Program-made: the position numbers and the translations under genes
Assembly: GCA_031270945.1 (NCBI GenBank)
Contig: JAISWZ010000531.1
Coordinates: 13,473-77,472, forward strand
Reading direction: 5' to 3'
Length of the DNA stretch: 64,000 bases
DNA from: Clostridiales bacterium
GTDB taxonomy: Bacteria; Bacillota; Clostridia; Lachnospirales; WQUN01
Shown here: positions 18,151 to 29,100 of the stretch, one piece after another
Layout: each line of letters begins with the position of its first letter
Numbering within the stretch: the first letter of the stretch is position 1
The notes under the pieces: model-generated
What the model was told of the DNA's origin: nothing
Database searches by the model: none
What the model saw: the letters and a program-made list of their open reading frames with translations, nothing else

Positions 18151-19701
18151 TTACGGTTTCACGCTGTCATAATTCGTGGCCCTATAGAGCGTCGCTCCGC
18201 CTTTTCTTATCGAGGCCACGTCTGCGTAGGTTACATGCTTGTTGTACCTGATGGTATTATTGTTGTCAGAATTTGCGTCTATCACCGAAAACCCGCTTGA
18301 GTCTTTGGACATTATGATGTATGTGTGAGCGCCGCTTGTTGTAGCCTTTGAAACCTGCAGAACATCGCCTGCCTTGGCTTTTGAGACCAGATCCTTTAGC
18401 TGGCTGGATGTAAAGATATCTTTTAGCTGGCCGATCTGGGAGACAACGCTGCTTGAGACGTATGCGTAAGCCAGGCCGGAGGAGCTGTTGGTGTTTCCGG
18501 TTGCAGGAAGCGGTGAGCCGAAAACTTTGTTGAAAACATAGGATGCGAATCCTTTGCACTGGTTGTCTCCCTGGTACTGCTTTCCATTTTGGGAAGAAAT
18601 CGAGGAGAGCCTGGAAAGCACAGCACTCTCGTTCCCAGCGTTTGATGGGGCGGCAAGCTTGAAAGTCCCCGTTGTGTTGCCTTGAGAGTAGTTTTTCCAG
18701 GTGTGCACAGGGTTGTCTGATTGAGCCTGCCCGTTGTCATTGTCAATAAAAAGGGAGTCGCTTATGTTGCTGCCGGATTTGAGCCAGCTGGACTTGTTTA
18801 GGATGCGATAGTATTTCCCGTCCTGGATCACGTACCAGCGCTGGTTGTGTGCCTGGTCTCCGCTTGTGCGCCCCCATATCTGCAGGCGGGTGGCGTTGTT
18901 GTTGATCCCTCCAGCGTCCAGGTCAAGCACTCCATCTGTTCGGCTAAGCGGCACTATATAATAGGAGTAGCCGTCGCTGCTCAATTCAAAGCGCCAAGAG
19001 TCGCTGGGATTAGAAAGTACGATGGTTGACTGGCCGTTGTCATAGTTCCCGCTCTTTACCTTTAGGCCAAGGCTGGAGTCCCTGTAGTTGATAGCGAAGG
19101 TCTGCCCGTTAAGGTTTGTCACTGCGCCTGCGGGAGCGGAATCGCCAAGCTTGGAAAGGGTGAACCTGGAGTAGTCGCCGTCAGTTTTCCAGGAATGAAC
19201 CAGCGTTCCGGATCCGGTCTCTCCGTTGTCAACGTTCAAAAACAAGGACTGGGAAAGAGACCCGGATTTCTGGTAGCTGTTCTTGTTGATCAGGCAGTAG
19301 TAATTCCCGCGCTTGACCAGGTACCAGTACATGCAATTGGCCTGGGAGCTGTGTTCCCAGATCTGAGTGCGGCTGCCGTTTTCAGTCCCAGAGTTTGAGA
19401 TCTCAAGGGAGGCGCTTGGCGCGTACTTAGGAGAGATCCGATATGAATTGTCTGATTGCCTGGAGAAGTAGAAGATTTCGTTGTCCTCGCTGTTGAACGA
19501 GTCGAGCACTGTCAGCGCCCCGTTGTACGCTTTCGGCCTGTACTGGATGTTTACGGCCATGTTGGTGTTCAGGTACTTTATGGCGTACCAGCCGTCATCA
19601 ACGACGGCCCAGCTTTCAGCGCCATAGCTGCGCTGAGGGATGATCGCCAGGAGCAAGGCTATCATCACAAATACGAAAAACGATTTTTTGACTGCGCTCA
19701 T
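18151..19701 (-). CDS. secreted protein: two ricin-type beta-trefoil lectin regions plus C-terminal CHAP/NlpC-P60-like cysteine peptidase domain
   Basis: Signal peptide MSAVKKSFFVFVMIALLLAIIPQRSYGA. Repeated QxW-type motifs (TQIWEHS, LQIWGRT, NQRWYV). C-terminal NQCKGFASYVF ... GAHTYIIM ... VIDANSD resembles a Cys-His-Asp/Asn triad. Confidence 0.55.
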   Translation of the reverse strand: MSAVKKSFFVFVMIALLLAIIPQRSYGAESWAVVDDGWYAIKYLNTNMAVNIQYRPKAYNGALTVLDSFNSEDNEIFYFSRQSDNSYRISPKYAPSASLEISNSGTENGSRTQIWEHSSQANCMYWYLVKRGNYYCLINKNSYQKSGSLSQSLFLNVDNGETGSGTLVHSWKTDGDYSRFTLSKLGDSAPAGAVTNLNGQTFAINYRDSSLGLKVKSGNYDNGQSTIVLSNPSDSWRFELSSDGYSYYIVPLSRTDGVLDLDAGGINNNATRLQIWGRTSGDQAHNQRWYVIQDGKYYRILNKSSWLKSGSNISDSLFIDNDNGQAQSDNPVHTWKNYSQGNTTGTFKLAAPSNAGNESAVLSRLSSISSQNGKQYQGDNQCKGFASYVFNKVFGSPLPATGNTNSSSGLAYAYVSSSVVSQIGQLKDIFTSSQLKDLVSKAKAGDVLQVSKATTSGAHTYIIMSKDSSGFSVIDANSDNNNTIRYNKHVTYADVASIRKGGATLYRATNYDSVKP

Positions 19702-20052
19702 TTCTCATCTCTCCTTAAAATATATGTTGCTCCCGCTGGGAAAGCCCTGGCGTTTGAGGCAAGAAGCTATTGTTCATGCCTAACGCGGGCGCAGGGGAGC
19801 GGCTCCCGTCAGCCTTATGTGAGGGGAACCTTATGCAAGAATTATATCATGCCTCGATATTTGTGTCAATAGTTTTCTGAAAAAGTTTTGAGAAATATAG
19901 ATTTGAAAAATTTTAGCAAAATTTATGGAAAACCTGGCATGTCTAACACCAATCCCGCAGCCGCGCTAAAAACGATTTCAAAAGCTTGGACAGGCTTCTT
20001 AAGCAATAATTCTAAAAAAGTATGAACCACAGCATTTTTAGGGCATACTATA

Positions 20053-20649
20053 TTGGAATCATTTTTAGGAGGCTTGACTTTGGCGGAACAAGCATTAGAA
20101 AAGTCGAGGACAGATGATGCGCTGCAAGAAACCTTGCTAGAGCGCGATTTTAAGAACGTGTGCAAAGCTTTCATGGCTTTGCGCGAGTTTGAGGGGGAAC
20201 TGTTCCAGCTCGAAGAGGACTATGACGAAAGCGTTAAATACTACGACACAGCTACATGGATAAACTTTACTGAGAACCCGGAAAGGGCTGACCTGCTTTC
20301 GAAAAAAACCTTGACAGGGATCAGGTACGCGGCTAGTCGCATGGAGGACGCCAGCAACATAGCGTTTGACAACCTGACAAGGCTTCTGAAGAAGGCGCTA
20401 AGCTCATCGCAGAGAATGCAGAAGAGGATTTTTGGAAGAGCATATACGTTGTCAAAAGCTGAGATGAACGACTTCATCGAGCATGAGCTGGAAGACCAGT
20501 TCCTGGAGGAAGACTTTCCAGAACACGGCGAATGGTACGACTACTTCATCATGGCTATAAATGAAAGACTGGAAAGCTACTTGAACCAAGAAGAAGAAAG
20601 CTTTGTCAGGATTGCCAATTGGAAGAGAGCGTTCAAGAAGGGGTTTTAA
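20053..20649 (+). CDS. hypothetical protein
   Basis: 198-aa ORF followed by a strong terminator. No recognised motif; start uncertain. Confidence 0.4.
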   Translation: MESFLGGLTLAEQALEKSRTDDALQETLLERDFKNVCKAFMALREFEGELFQLEEDYDESVKYYDTATWINFTENPERADLLSKKTLTGIRYAASRMEDASNIAFDNLTRLLKKALSSSQRMQKRIFGRAYTLSKAEMNDFIEHELEDQFLEEDFPEHGEWYDYFIMAINERLESYLNQEEESFVRIANWKRAFKKGF

Positions 20650-20663
20650 TGTTAATATTTCTG

Positions 20664-20703
20664 GAAAAAAATAAGGCTCTGAATTTCAGAGCCTTATTTT
20701 TTT
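20664..20703. terminator. bidirectional Rho-independent terminator between convergent genes
   Basis: AAAAAAATAAGGCTCTGAA-TTCAGAGCCTTATTTTTTT. Confidence 0.75.
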
Positions 20704-20863
20704 GCTAAAACTTTTGGCTAAACTTATCTAATGATTCTACCGTGACAACCACTGGACAAATAGACGTAAATGGCGTAAACGCAAGCTTTGTCCGCCGCAT
20801 CGGACTTTAGTCAAAGCCTTGATAATAGGGCCTTGATGGAGTTCTTACGGCAGAATCATCTAA

Positions 20864-21526
20864 TTAAGACTTATCCGACTCATTGGCTTTTTTTCTGGCC
20901 GCTTTTCTTGCCGCTAAATTTGTCCGCCCATTTACATAGTCAGCCTGGATCTGCGCTCTTTTTACCGCTCTGTCATGGAAGTCCACAACATCCTCGTGCA
21001 TTCTCTCTATGAATTTAAAAGCGCGTTTCGCTTGGGCGAACGGCGTTTTCAGCATGGCGTTTGTTGGCTTGCCTTCAGCGACTTCCACAGCTTTTTCGAT
21101 TGTGGCCATGTGCTCTTTCGTTTTGGCGTTGTTCCTTTCTGAGTAATTGGCGAGCGACCGGAGCACGTTAGCTGCCGTTATGTACTGGTTATACTCGCTG
21201 CAGGGCACTTGCTCCGGATCAATCTTCGCAAGATCCGCTTCCGCCGCCACTGCCAGAGCTTCCGCCGCCTCGGTCATAGCCTTGATTTGCCCAGCCAATT
21301 CCGTGGCCCAGATGCTCCGCTCCTGAATTCCAGAGCCCAGCCGGCTGCCCGATGGCCTTGAGCGGCGCCTCACGACTTTAGAGGATTTCGCTTTGACGGC
21401 TGGCATCGGAAACTCAGGCGCTGGATTCTCGCCAGGAGCGCGTGTTTCGAGAGGTGCGTTTTCTGCGCTAGCGCTACCGCTGCTTAAATCAAAATTTTCC
21501 ATCAGTGAATCCTCCGCGATGCGCAT
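20864..21526 (-). CDS. hypothetical protein (low-complexity N-terminal half, helical C-terminal half)
   Basis: 220-aa ORF. No recognised family. Confidence 0.4.
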   Translation of the reverse strand: MRIAEDSLMENFDLSSGSASAENAPLETRAPGENPAPEFPMPAVKAKSSKVVRRRSRPSGSRLGSGIQERSIWATELAGQIKAMTEAAEALAVAAEADLAKIDPEQVPCSEYNQYITAANVLRSLANYSERNNAKTKEHMATIEKAVEVAEGKPTNAMLKTPFAQAKRAFKFIERMHEDVVDFHDRAVKRAQIQADYVNGRTNLAARKAARKKANESDKS

Positions 21527-21905
21527 TTTATTTGGATTATGCTTTAAATTTATTATAGATCAAAAAAGTTATGAACGCCAGCGAGAAAAAAATAAAATAA
21601 TCGTGGCCAGACATTGCCACCTTGAGTTTGAACGCATGATAAAAGTCCGGGAAAATCGGGAGCTCTTTAATTGTCGAAACATTGATATGTTTTGAAGTTA
21701 TTAAAACAATACAAGGCCAGGGCTCTTTAGACTTGCCATCCCGGGATTTTTGCCGCTCTCCAAGCTGCCTGTCGCATCAAACTTAGATTTCACGCGTTTC
21801 CCGCATCCAAGATCCCAAGCATGTATTTTCAAGCATTATCAATATTTCGACACTCAAAAAGCCCTGGCATGCGCCAGGGCTTTTCTCATAAAGCATATTC
21901 AAATG

Positions 21906-22226
21906 CTAATTTTCGTAATCCTCCAGGCCGTTCCAGCCGTAGACGCCAAGATCCACTCGCCCATTTTCAAATTTGACGCCTTCCGCTTCAAGTCTGCCTC
22001 TTTGAACATTTTCCCCGCCAAACAGGTGCCCGGGGCATGTTTCGCCTAGCCTGTTAAGCACCCTGTGGCAAGGGAGGCCCATCGAACTGTCGCACGAATA
22101 CATGGCGTAGCCGACAACTCTTGCCCAGTGGGGATTTCCTGAAAACCGCGCTATGTCTCCGTACGTTGAAACCTTGCCTTTTGGTATTTTTCTGACCGTC
22201 TCGTAAATCTTCTCGTAAGCGTTCAT
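21906..22226 (-). CDS. MGMT-family protein (methylated-DNA-protein-cysteine methyltransferase DNA-binding domain)
   Basis: VSTYGDIA and PCHRV active-site block. ATG at 22226; the longer ORF version reads through a repeat copy. Confidence 0.75.
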   Translation of the reverse strand: MNAYEKIYETVRKIPKGKVSTYGDIARFSGNPHWARVVGYAMYSCDSSMGLPCHRVLNRLGETCPGHLFGGENVQRGRLEAEGVKFENGRVDLGVYGWNGLEDYEN

Positions 22227-22254
22227 AGTCGCCCTTTCGCCTGAACTGGCGCTT

Positions 22255-22288
22255 GAGCATATCCCAAAACAAGAAATTGGGATATGCA
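22255..22288. repeat. minimal MITE/REP-like element (termini only)
   Basis: GAGCATATCCCAAAAC-aaga-AATTGGGATATGCA. Confidence 0.8.
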
Positions 22289-22345
22289 TCAAAGGTTTGA
22301 TTCACTGGAATCACGCGATAGGCATCCCACTGCGATTGGGTTCGC

Positions 22346-22909
22346 CTATTTCTCTACAAGAGTCTCCCCGGCTTTCCTTCCCTCCGCCATGGCTTTCGCG
22401 GCAGAGTAGACAGCTTTTGACTTGTAGTCGTTGTTCCAGCGGTTGACGCTGACGTAATCAAAAATGGTTGCGCCAGTGTGGCGGCAGAAGCGATCCATCT
22501 GATCCATGCATTCGATGGCCCCGTTGCCGGATCCGCCTGGGGACGCCACGAGAAGCGTCTCCTTTTTGCAGAGCGCCCCTTGGCCAAACTCGCACCTGCG
22601 CAAGCGGTCAAAGAATGACTTCAGGGTTTCGTTCATTTCAGCCCAGTAGACTGGAGTGATAACGATGAGCTTGTCTGCGGCTTTGACGCTTTCTTGAGCC
22701 TTGGTGAATCCGTCATTGCCAAACGCGCACTTGTGCCAGCTGCGGCAAGAACCCCAACCGTCGCCGCAAACTTTGCACCTTTCTATGCCTGAAAGGGAAA
22801 GGATCTCAACTTCGCCGCCGCCGTCGCGAACCCCTTGGGCCGCGATTTCTATGATCTTGTTGCAAAGCCCGTCTTTCTTTGGGTTTCCTGAGATGATTAA
22901 AAACTTCAT
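22346..22909 (-). CDS. flavodoxin-fold NAD(P)H-dependent FMN reductase / iron-sulfur flavoprotein-like
   Basis: MKFLIISGNPKKDGL start typical of the FMN_red/flavodoxin_2 fold. Cys cluster CKVCGDGWGSCRSWHKC. Confidence 0.65.
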   Translation of the reverse strand: MKFLIISGNPKKDGLCNKIIEIAAQGVRDGGGEVEILSLSGIERCKVCGDGWGSCRSWHKCAFGNDGFTKAQESVKAADKLIVITPVYWAEMNETLKSFFDRLRRCEFGQGALCKKETLLVASPGGSGNGAIECMDQMDRFCRHTGATIFDYVSVNRWNNDYKSKAVYSAAKAMAEGRKAGETLVEK

Positions 22910-23080
22910 GCCATTGCCTCCTGATAAAAACGCGTTTACATAGAGAGCAGTTCCCTTCGCTCCAGAGAAGGCCTGCGAAACCTTTTTAGAGCGGAAAGTT
23001 TAGCCTTTTTCGATCACAAGTATATCACGCGGAATTGTATTTCGCAACAAGAAAAAGCGGCAGGAAGCCCGCCGCTTTAG

Positions 23081-23158
23081 GAGCATATCCCAAAATTATA
23101 TCCGAGGCGCGTTCGCCAGGATTTTTCCGCTGCCATTTCGGAATTTTGGGATATGCTC
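23081..23158. repeat. MITE/REP-like palindromic element
   Basis: GAGCATATCCCAAAATTATATCCGAGGCGC...GGATTTTTCCGC...TTTCGGAATTTTGGGATATGCTC. Ends 10 nt from the stop of the giant surface-protein gene. Confidence 0.85.
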
Positions 23159-23168
23159 TAGATTATGC

Positions 23169-26100
23169 TTATGCTTGCTGCAATTCTGAGAACCGCATCA
23201 GCGCTTCGGCCGCCTCGGATCTGGTGACAACGCTCTTTGGAGACAATGCGCCTTTCTCGTCCAGCTCGAACACGCCTGAAGAGACAGCCCAGTCAGCCGC
23301 GTTTGCCGCCCATGGGGAAACCTGTGAAGCGTCTGCCAAAACGGCTTTCTCGTACTTTGAAATTCTCCCGTAAACTCCAAGCGTGTTGTAAAGCATGACA
23401 GCCAGCTGCTCTTTAGTGATCTCGCTTTCAGGAGAAAAAGAGTTATTTCCAGTGCCGGTTGCGATGCCTGCAGAAACCGCCCACTGAACGTAAGGGGCGT
23501 AGTACTGGTTAGATGCGACGTCTGAGAAAGTTCTTTCGGTGTAGGCTGATACATCCGCTTTTTCAAGCCTTCCAAGCACTGTGGCTATCATCCCGCGAGT
23601 CATGGCGACTTCAGGGGAGAAGCTGGTGGGGCTGGTTCCAGCGAACAAGCCGTTTTCGTAAACATAGCGAACCGCTTCGCTCTTGGGAGATGATTCTGGA
23701 ATGTCTATAAATGGGCTGAACCATGGGGTGACAACTGGCTCAGTGTAGCTTATGGCGTATAGGCCAGGCTCGTCAGCTTTAACAATGGCTGCTTTCGCCT
23801 TCTTGTCATAAGACGCTTTCACTGGGACAAGCTTTCCGGTTTTGTCCAGCCTGCTTGCCTCTATCCCCTCAGCCTTCTCGCCAGCCTTGAGCTCATAGGG
23901 AATCTTCAGCTCAACTGGGACTATTGCGGGAACGTTGCCTACTGTAACAACAAGGCTTATTACCAGGCTGTCAGCGGTAGCTTTCTGCTGGCTTGCGGTT
24001 AGGCTTGCAACCTCAGCCTCTTTGACGCTCACTTGTATGATGCCCTTTGAAACCTCAGCTAGCTGAGCCAAAGACTCAGGGGCAAAAATGGCGGATCCTT
24101 GAGAGAACGCCACTTCCAATGGATTTCCGGCATTTGCGAATGCAGCTGCCGCAGTCTTGGCCATGACAGCCGAGCTTACGTCGCCAATGTTGGAGAAGTT
24201 GATGATTCCTCCGCTTTCGGCTATATGGTTGACCATGGCCGTAGACAGGGCCAAATAGGCCTTGCTTCCCTCAGGAGTGTAAGGCGCTTGAACAACGCCG
24301 TTTTCTGAAGCGGGCACTGTATGGACTGGATTCGACGGAGGAGTGTATGGAGCGCTGGCTGCAGGAGGCGCTGGAGTGGCAGAAGGCTCGGGTGCTTCAG
24401 GCACCTCGGGTGCTTCTGTCGGAGTCGGAGTAGCTGGAACCTCAGGCGCCTCTGTCGGAGTCGGAGTAGCTGGAACCTCAGGCGCTTCAGTCGGAGTCGG
24501 AGTAGCTTCAGGCACCTCAGGCGCTTCTGTCGGAGTCGGAGTCACTTCAGGCTCTTCAGGCGTTTCAGGAACTTCAGGCGGCGTCGGCTCCGCAGGGCTC
24601 GGAGTCACTTCAGGCTCAGCCGCCAATACAGTGAAGCTGACCTTAAAGCTTTTCTCTTCAGCCAGATCAGAACCGGACACTGTTACGTCAGCATTATAAA
24701 CTCCGGCAGAAAGGCCTTCTTTGGGGCTGACTGAAAACGCTGCGGGTTCCCCAAGGGGCTCAATGGAGCTGATTGCTGTTATATTTAACACAAAGTCAGC
24801 GCTTGACACTGAGATCAAAAGATCTCCAGTGGGCTGGTTTCCGATGTTGGTTACTTTCACTTCCAGAACGGGAACTTCGTACCCTTCAATCAATTCTGGG
24901 AACGCGTATTCGCCTTGGCGATCAAGCGCGATATCCCAAACCGGATCTGGAGGCGCGTCTACAATAGAAACTGAGGCTGCGCCTGAGAATGCGGGATCAA
25001 AAACGGATGTTGCAATGACTTCAAGGGCTGATCCAGACGTCTCGCGGGAGTCCAGGGTCAGTATCCCTGTGTCGCTTATGGCTGTGTCAAAGGATCCGCC
25101 GGAAACGCTCCACAAGACTTCAGAATTATAGTCTCCAACCCCTTCGACAGTTGCCTGGAACTGCTGCGAGCTTCCGGCGATCAGGTCGACTGAGCTTGGA
25201 CTGACTGTGACGGACAGAATCTTTGGAATAAGCTCGAATGAGGCTTCCAAAGCCACGGGCTGATCTGGCATCTCGAATTCGGCTTCGGAAGCCGCTTCTG
25301 AAGCCGCGTCCAATTCAATGCCTTCTGCGGTCCAGCCGGCAAACCTGTACCCATCTTCTGGCACGGCCAAGACTGATATGGGGGCGCCTTTTTTGTAGCT
25401 TCCGGATTCAGTGCCTGACACGCTTCCGCCTTCGCCCGCTGATACGGCGAATTCGTAGAGCTTTGCAAGGACAATGAATTTAAGGGTGAGGGCAATGCCT
25501 GCCACGCTTACGGTTTCAGAGTAATCGCCAGGCTCAAGGCCAAGGGCGGGCTTTATCGAAAGCGCTGTGGAACTGCCGGGAAGCAGACCGTCTGGGCTTT
25601 CAAAGGCAATATTAAAGGATTCGCTTTCGGGTTCGACCACGAGCTCTTCCGATACGTCCGTGCCCAGGTTCTTTAGGACAAGCTGCGCTTCTTCCAGATC
25701 TTCGTCTGCGTACCCTTCAGTCAACGCAGGGAACTCATATTGGGAAACCTCGGATTCGTATTGGTCAAGCAAAACCAGCAGCGGGCTAAGGTTTTGGATC
25801 GCGATCCAGCTGACCGCTGGGGCCTGGCTGCCAGTTGACGTAACGCTGTAAGTGACTGTTTGATCCTCCGCCAGCTCAAAGGTGAATGATCTTACAGTGG
25901 TGCTTACCGTTGCAGGAACAGTTCCGGCTTCAAGCGAAGTGTCGCCGTATGAGACTGTCAGCCTCATGGGGCGATTTGACCCGCTCCACCATTCGCGATG
26001 GGCGCTTGTGATTACGTACTTGCCAGCCTTAAGCTCGAATGAATAAGACAGGGATACCCCTGACGCATTGGACGTCCCATAGATGCCAGTGGCGGTTTTG

Positions 26101-29100
26101 TCGTAAACGTTCATGTTTCCGCCCTTTTGCGAGAAGGCTGAGGTGATGCCCCAGGCAGTATCGGCTGTCTTCACTTGGTCGGAAGTCTCATTTAAAAGCG
26201 TGTCGCCAACAAGCTCCTTGACCGCCGCAAACGGAGGCGATTGCCCTGGCGCGCTGGGGTTGTCAATGTCAACAAAGTAGACGAGGCCTCTTGGAACAAC
26301 CTCGTAAACCGCAGTGACAGAATAGGTGTCAGTCAAGCCAGTTCCCGTAAAGGTGTCATAGGCTTTCGCTTGGGCAAAAGCGGCTATGGTATCATCGCTC
26401 CAAAGGATATCCGCAAGCTCCCCTTTGATCTTCACTTGGCTTGGGAGCTCTTCTCCTGCGTAAGCGGCGCCTGCCAGCCCTAGCTCCAGGTCAATCGGGC
26501 CTGGCGTATATTCGCCTAAGATATAGATGCCATCAATAGTGAGGGTGCCTGACTTCAAAGTGCCGATGATTGTATGAGGCCCGTTGTCCAAGCCTCCAAG
26601 CAAGAATGAGATGTACCTCGCATCTGATGCGCTTGTGGAAGCGCTTGAAACCGCTGGCTCTCCGTCAACAGTGACGTCAAGAACGGCGGCTGTGCTTGCC
26701 GCGCCAGACAAGGCGATGCCTGTTCCTGTTATGTCCAGCTCAAAAGTGCTTCCAGCAGTAGAAGACTGGGCGATAGTCCGGTACCAGTTGTTGGCGTCTC
26801 CGCCTCCAGGCCCGCTCAATGTGAAGCCGGAATACGCGACTGAATCGTCATGGCTGTCAACAAAAGCTGTGCCATAAGGAACCGTGCCCGGGACAGTCTC
26901 AACAAGCAGGTTGTCAAAGTAGGTGAGAGCCCAGGAGCTTCCAAGCTTCACGCGGCCAAAGAGCAGGGACTTGTCTGTGTCCAGGTACTGGCTGACTTGA
27001 ATGCCGTCAACATACGCCGTGATGTTTGCGTTCTTTCCTTGCAAGGCTATTCTGTACTTTCCTTCAGTGTTTGCAGCCACTGTTCCGGTGGCCACTGTCG
27101 CGCTATGCCGCTTGAGCGTCCATGCGCCGTTTCCGTCTATGCGAAAGTTGTAGCCGCTTTCAAGTGACATGCCGGTTTGCTGGCGGATGGCTATGGCGGC
27201 GTAGTTGGCTGTGCCAGGGGTAACCTCGACATCGACGCTTGCCTTGTAGTTGCTCCAGCGGTGATCGCCTACTCCAGCGTTTGGCGTGTTGTTGTTCCAC
27301 TGGCTGACGCTTGCGGTTAAGATCTGGCCAAGCTTTTGCCCGGAGGGGCTGTCTTGTACAACAAACGCTCCAGATCCGTCAACGAAATAGCGGGGCTCAT
27401 TGCCCCTGGATTCGAGATAGGAAATATTTGATTTTTTTGCTCCGTTTTGGGTTCCGACTTCTACGTTTCCATAACCTTCATACTCAAAATCGTCTGCATA
27501 GAGGATCTCGTCAGTGTCGTCAAGAACCCGTCCAGTTGAATCAGTGTCCAGAACTGCCTTTTCGTTGTCTTCTGGCAATGACATGCCTGGATTGCCTGTT
27601 GTCGTTAAAGTAGCCATGGAAAACGGCTCAAGCGTGTAGTTGTAGTATCCGCTTCCGGACTGGGATATTGTCTTGTCAAGCTGCATGTAGCTGTCCGTCT
27701 TTGTCAGCCAGACCTTGAGATCCGTGCTGGAAAGAGCCATGTCCTCAAACTTGATGTGGTACGTCCGGCTAAGCGGGCTGTTGTTGACCGCTACAATGGA
27801 AACCGCCGACTTGTCAGGCGCGGCCAATGTCATGTAGCTGTAAGCGCCAGAAAGGTTTGAAAGGTGCTCATTCATGTTGTTGTTTCCAGCGTATCCGCCG
27901 CTTGCCTGAGGGATGGCCCTCCAGATGCCGCTGGTGTTGCTTTCGTTTTCCCAGCCTGTCTTCGCGAACTTCGAGAAATGTCCAAGGGTGTAAAGCCCTT
28001 CATCATAGTGCAGGTATCCAGCCCAAGGCTCTCTTGCGCTGACATACTCTTTGTGCCCGTATTGAGGCCCTTCATAAAACGCGCCTATGGCTGGCTGGAA
28101 GATGTAATGGGTCTGGCGGGAGTACACAAAGGTGTTGATGTAGGTGTCCACGATAGCCAAGGGGCTCTGGTATCCGCCAAGCGTTCCGGCGCCGCCGCCA
28201 TTGCTGTCAACAGTCTTGTTCTCCTGGTGTTCGGTGTATCCGAAAGTTGCGACTCCTTCGCTGTTCCACACTTCCTTGTCGCTAACGTCAGCCATGTTCC
28301 TGACTGACTGGTCAGCGCCAGAAACGTAGTGGAACCCTATGGCGTCAACTATGTCAAAGAATTCAGGATCGCTGTTCATGCGCGCCACTGCTGGCCAAGC
28401 GTCAATGGCGTCATCGGTTATGATCTTTATCGCGTTGTACTTGTCTCGCGCCGCTTGATTCATGTAGTCCGGGAAGGCTGTTTCATTCTTGATTCTCCCG
28501 GCCATGTCCTTTATCATTGCGACGTTTGCGCTTGACTCGTTTACGTTGGGGTTCACGTAGTCAACTACATACCCGTACTTTTCGTAAGCGTCAAAGAAGG
28601 TCTGGCTGTACCATTTGTAGAGCTTTGCGTAGTCGCTTCCCGTCCAGTTGGGCGCGTTCCAGCGAAGCACGGACACTTTCACGTCCGGGTTGAAAAGCTT
28701 GGCGTCAGCGGCCAGCTGGAAGCCAGGAGACCTGGATGCGTCAGCCTCTTCGTCTTCATATCGCATGGTGCAGGAGTCAGAGCCTGTGGAGTTGTTTCCG
28801 TCATTGCCCATCTCGATCTTTACATGGGTAACTATCGGGTTGTCTCCCCCGAAAAGGACTTCCAGCAGCTCCCAGTACTTCTCTGGCGCCTCGGACTTGT
28901 AGTCCATAAGCAGGTTGCTGGTGCTGTTGCAGCTCAGTACGCCCCAGCCTTTGTAAGTCAGGCCATTCTTGTTCAAGGCGGCCGCGTCCACGTCAGCGCC
29001 TCGCACCACAATCTCTTGCCCCGCTTGGGCAACGCCCTTTCGCAGGACTATTACGTTAAATTCCCTGGTCATTCCGTCGATAGAGGCGGTAAATACAGTC

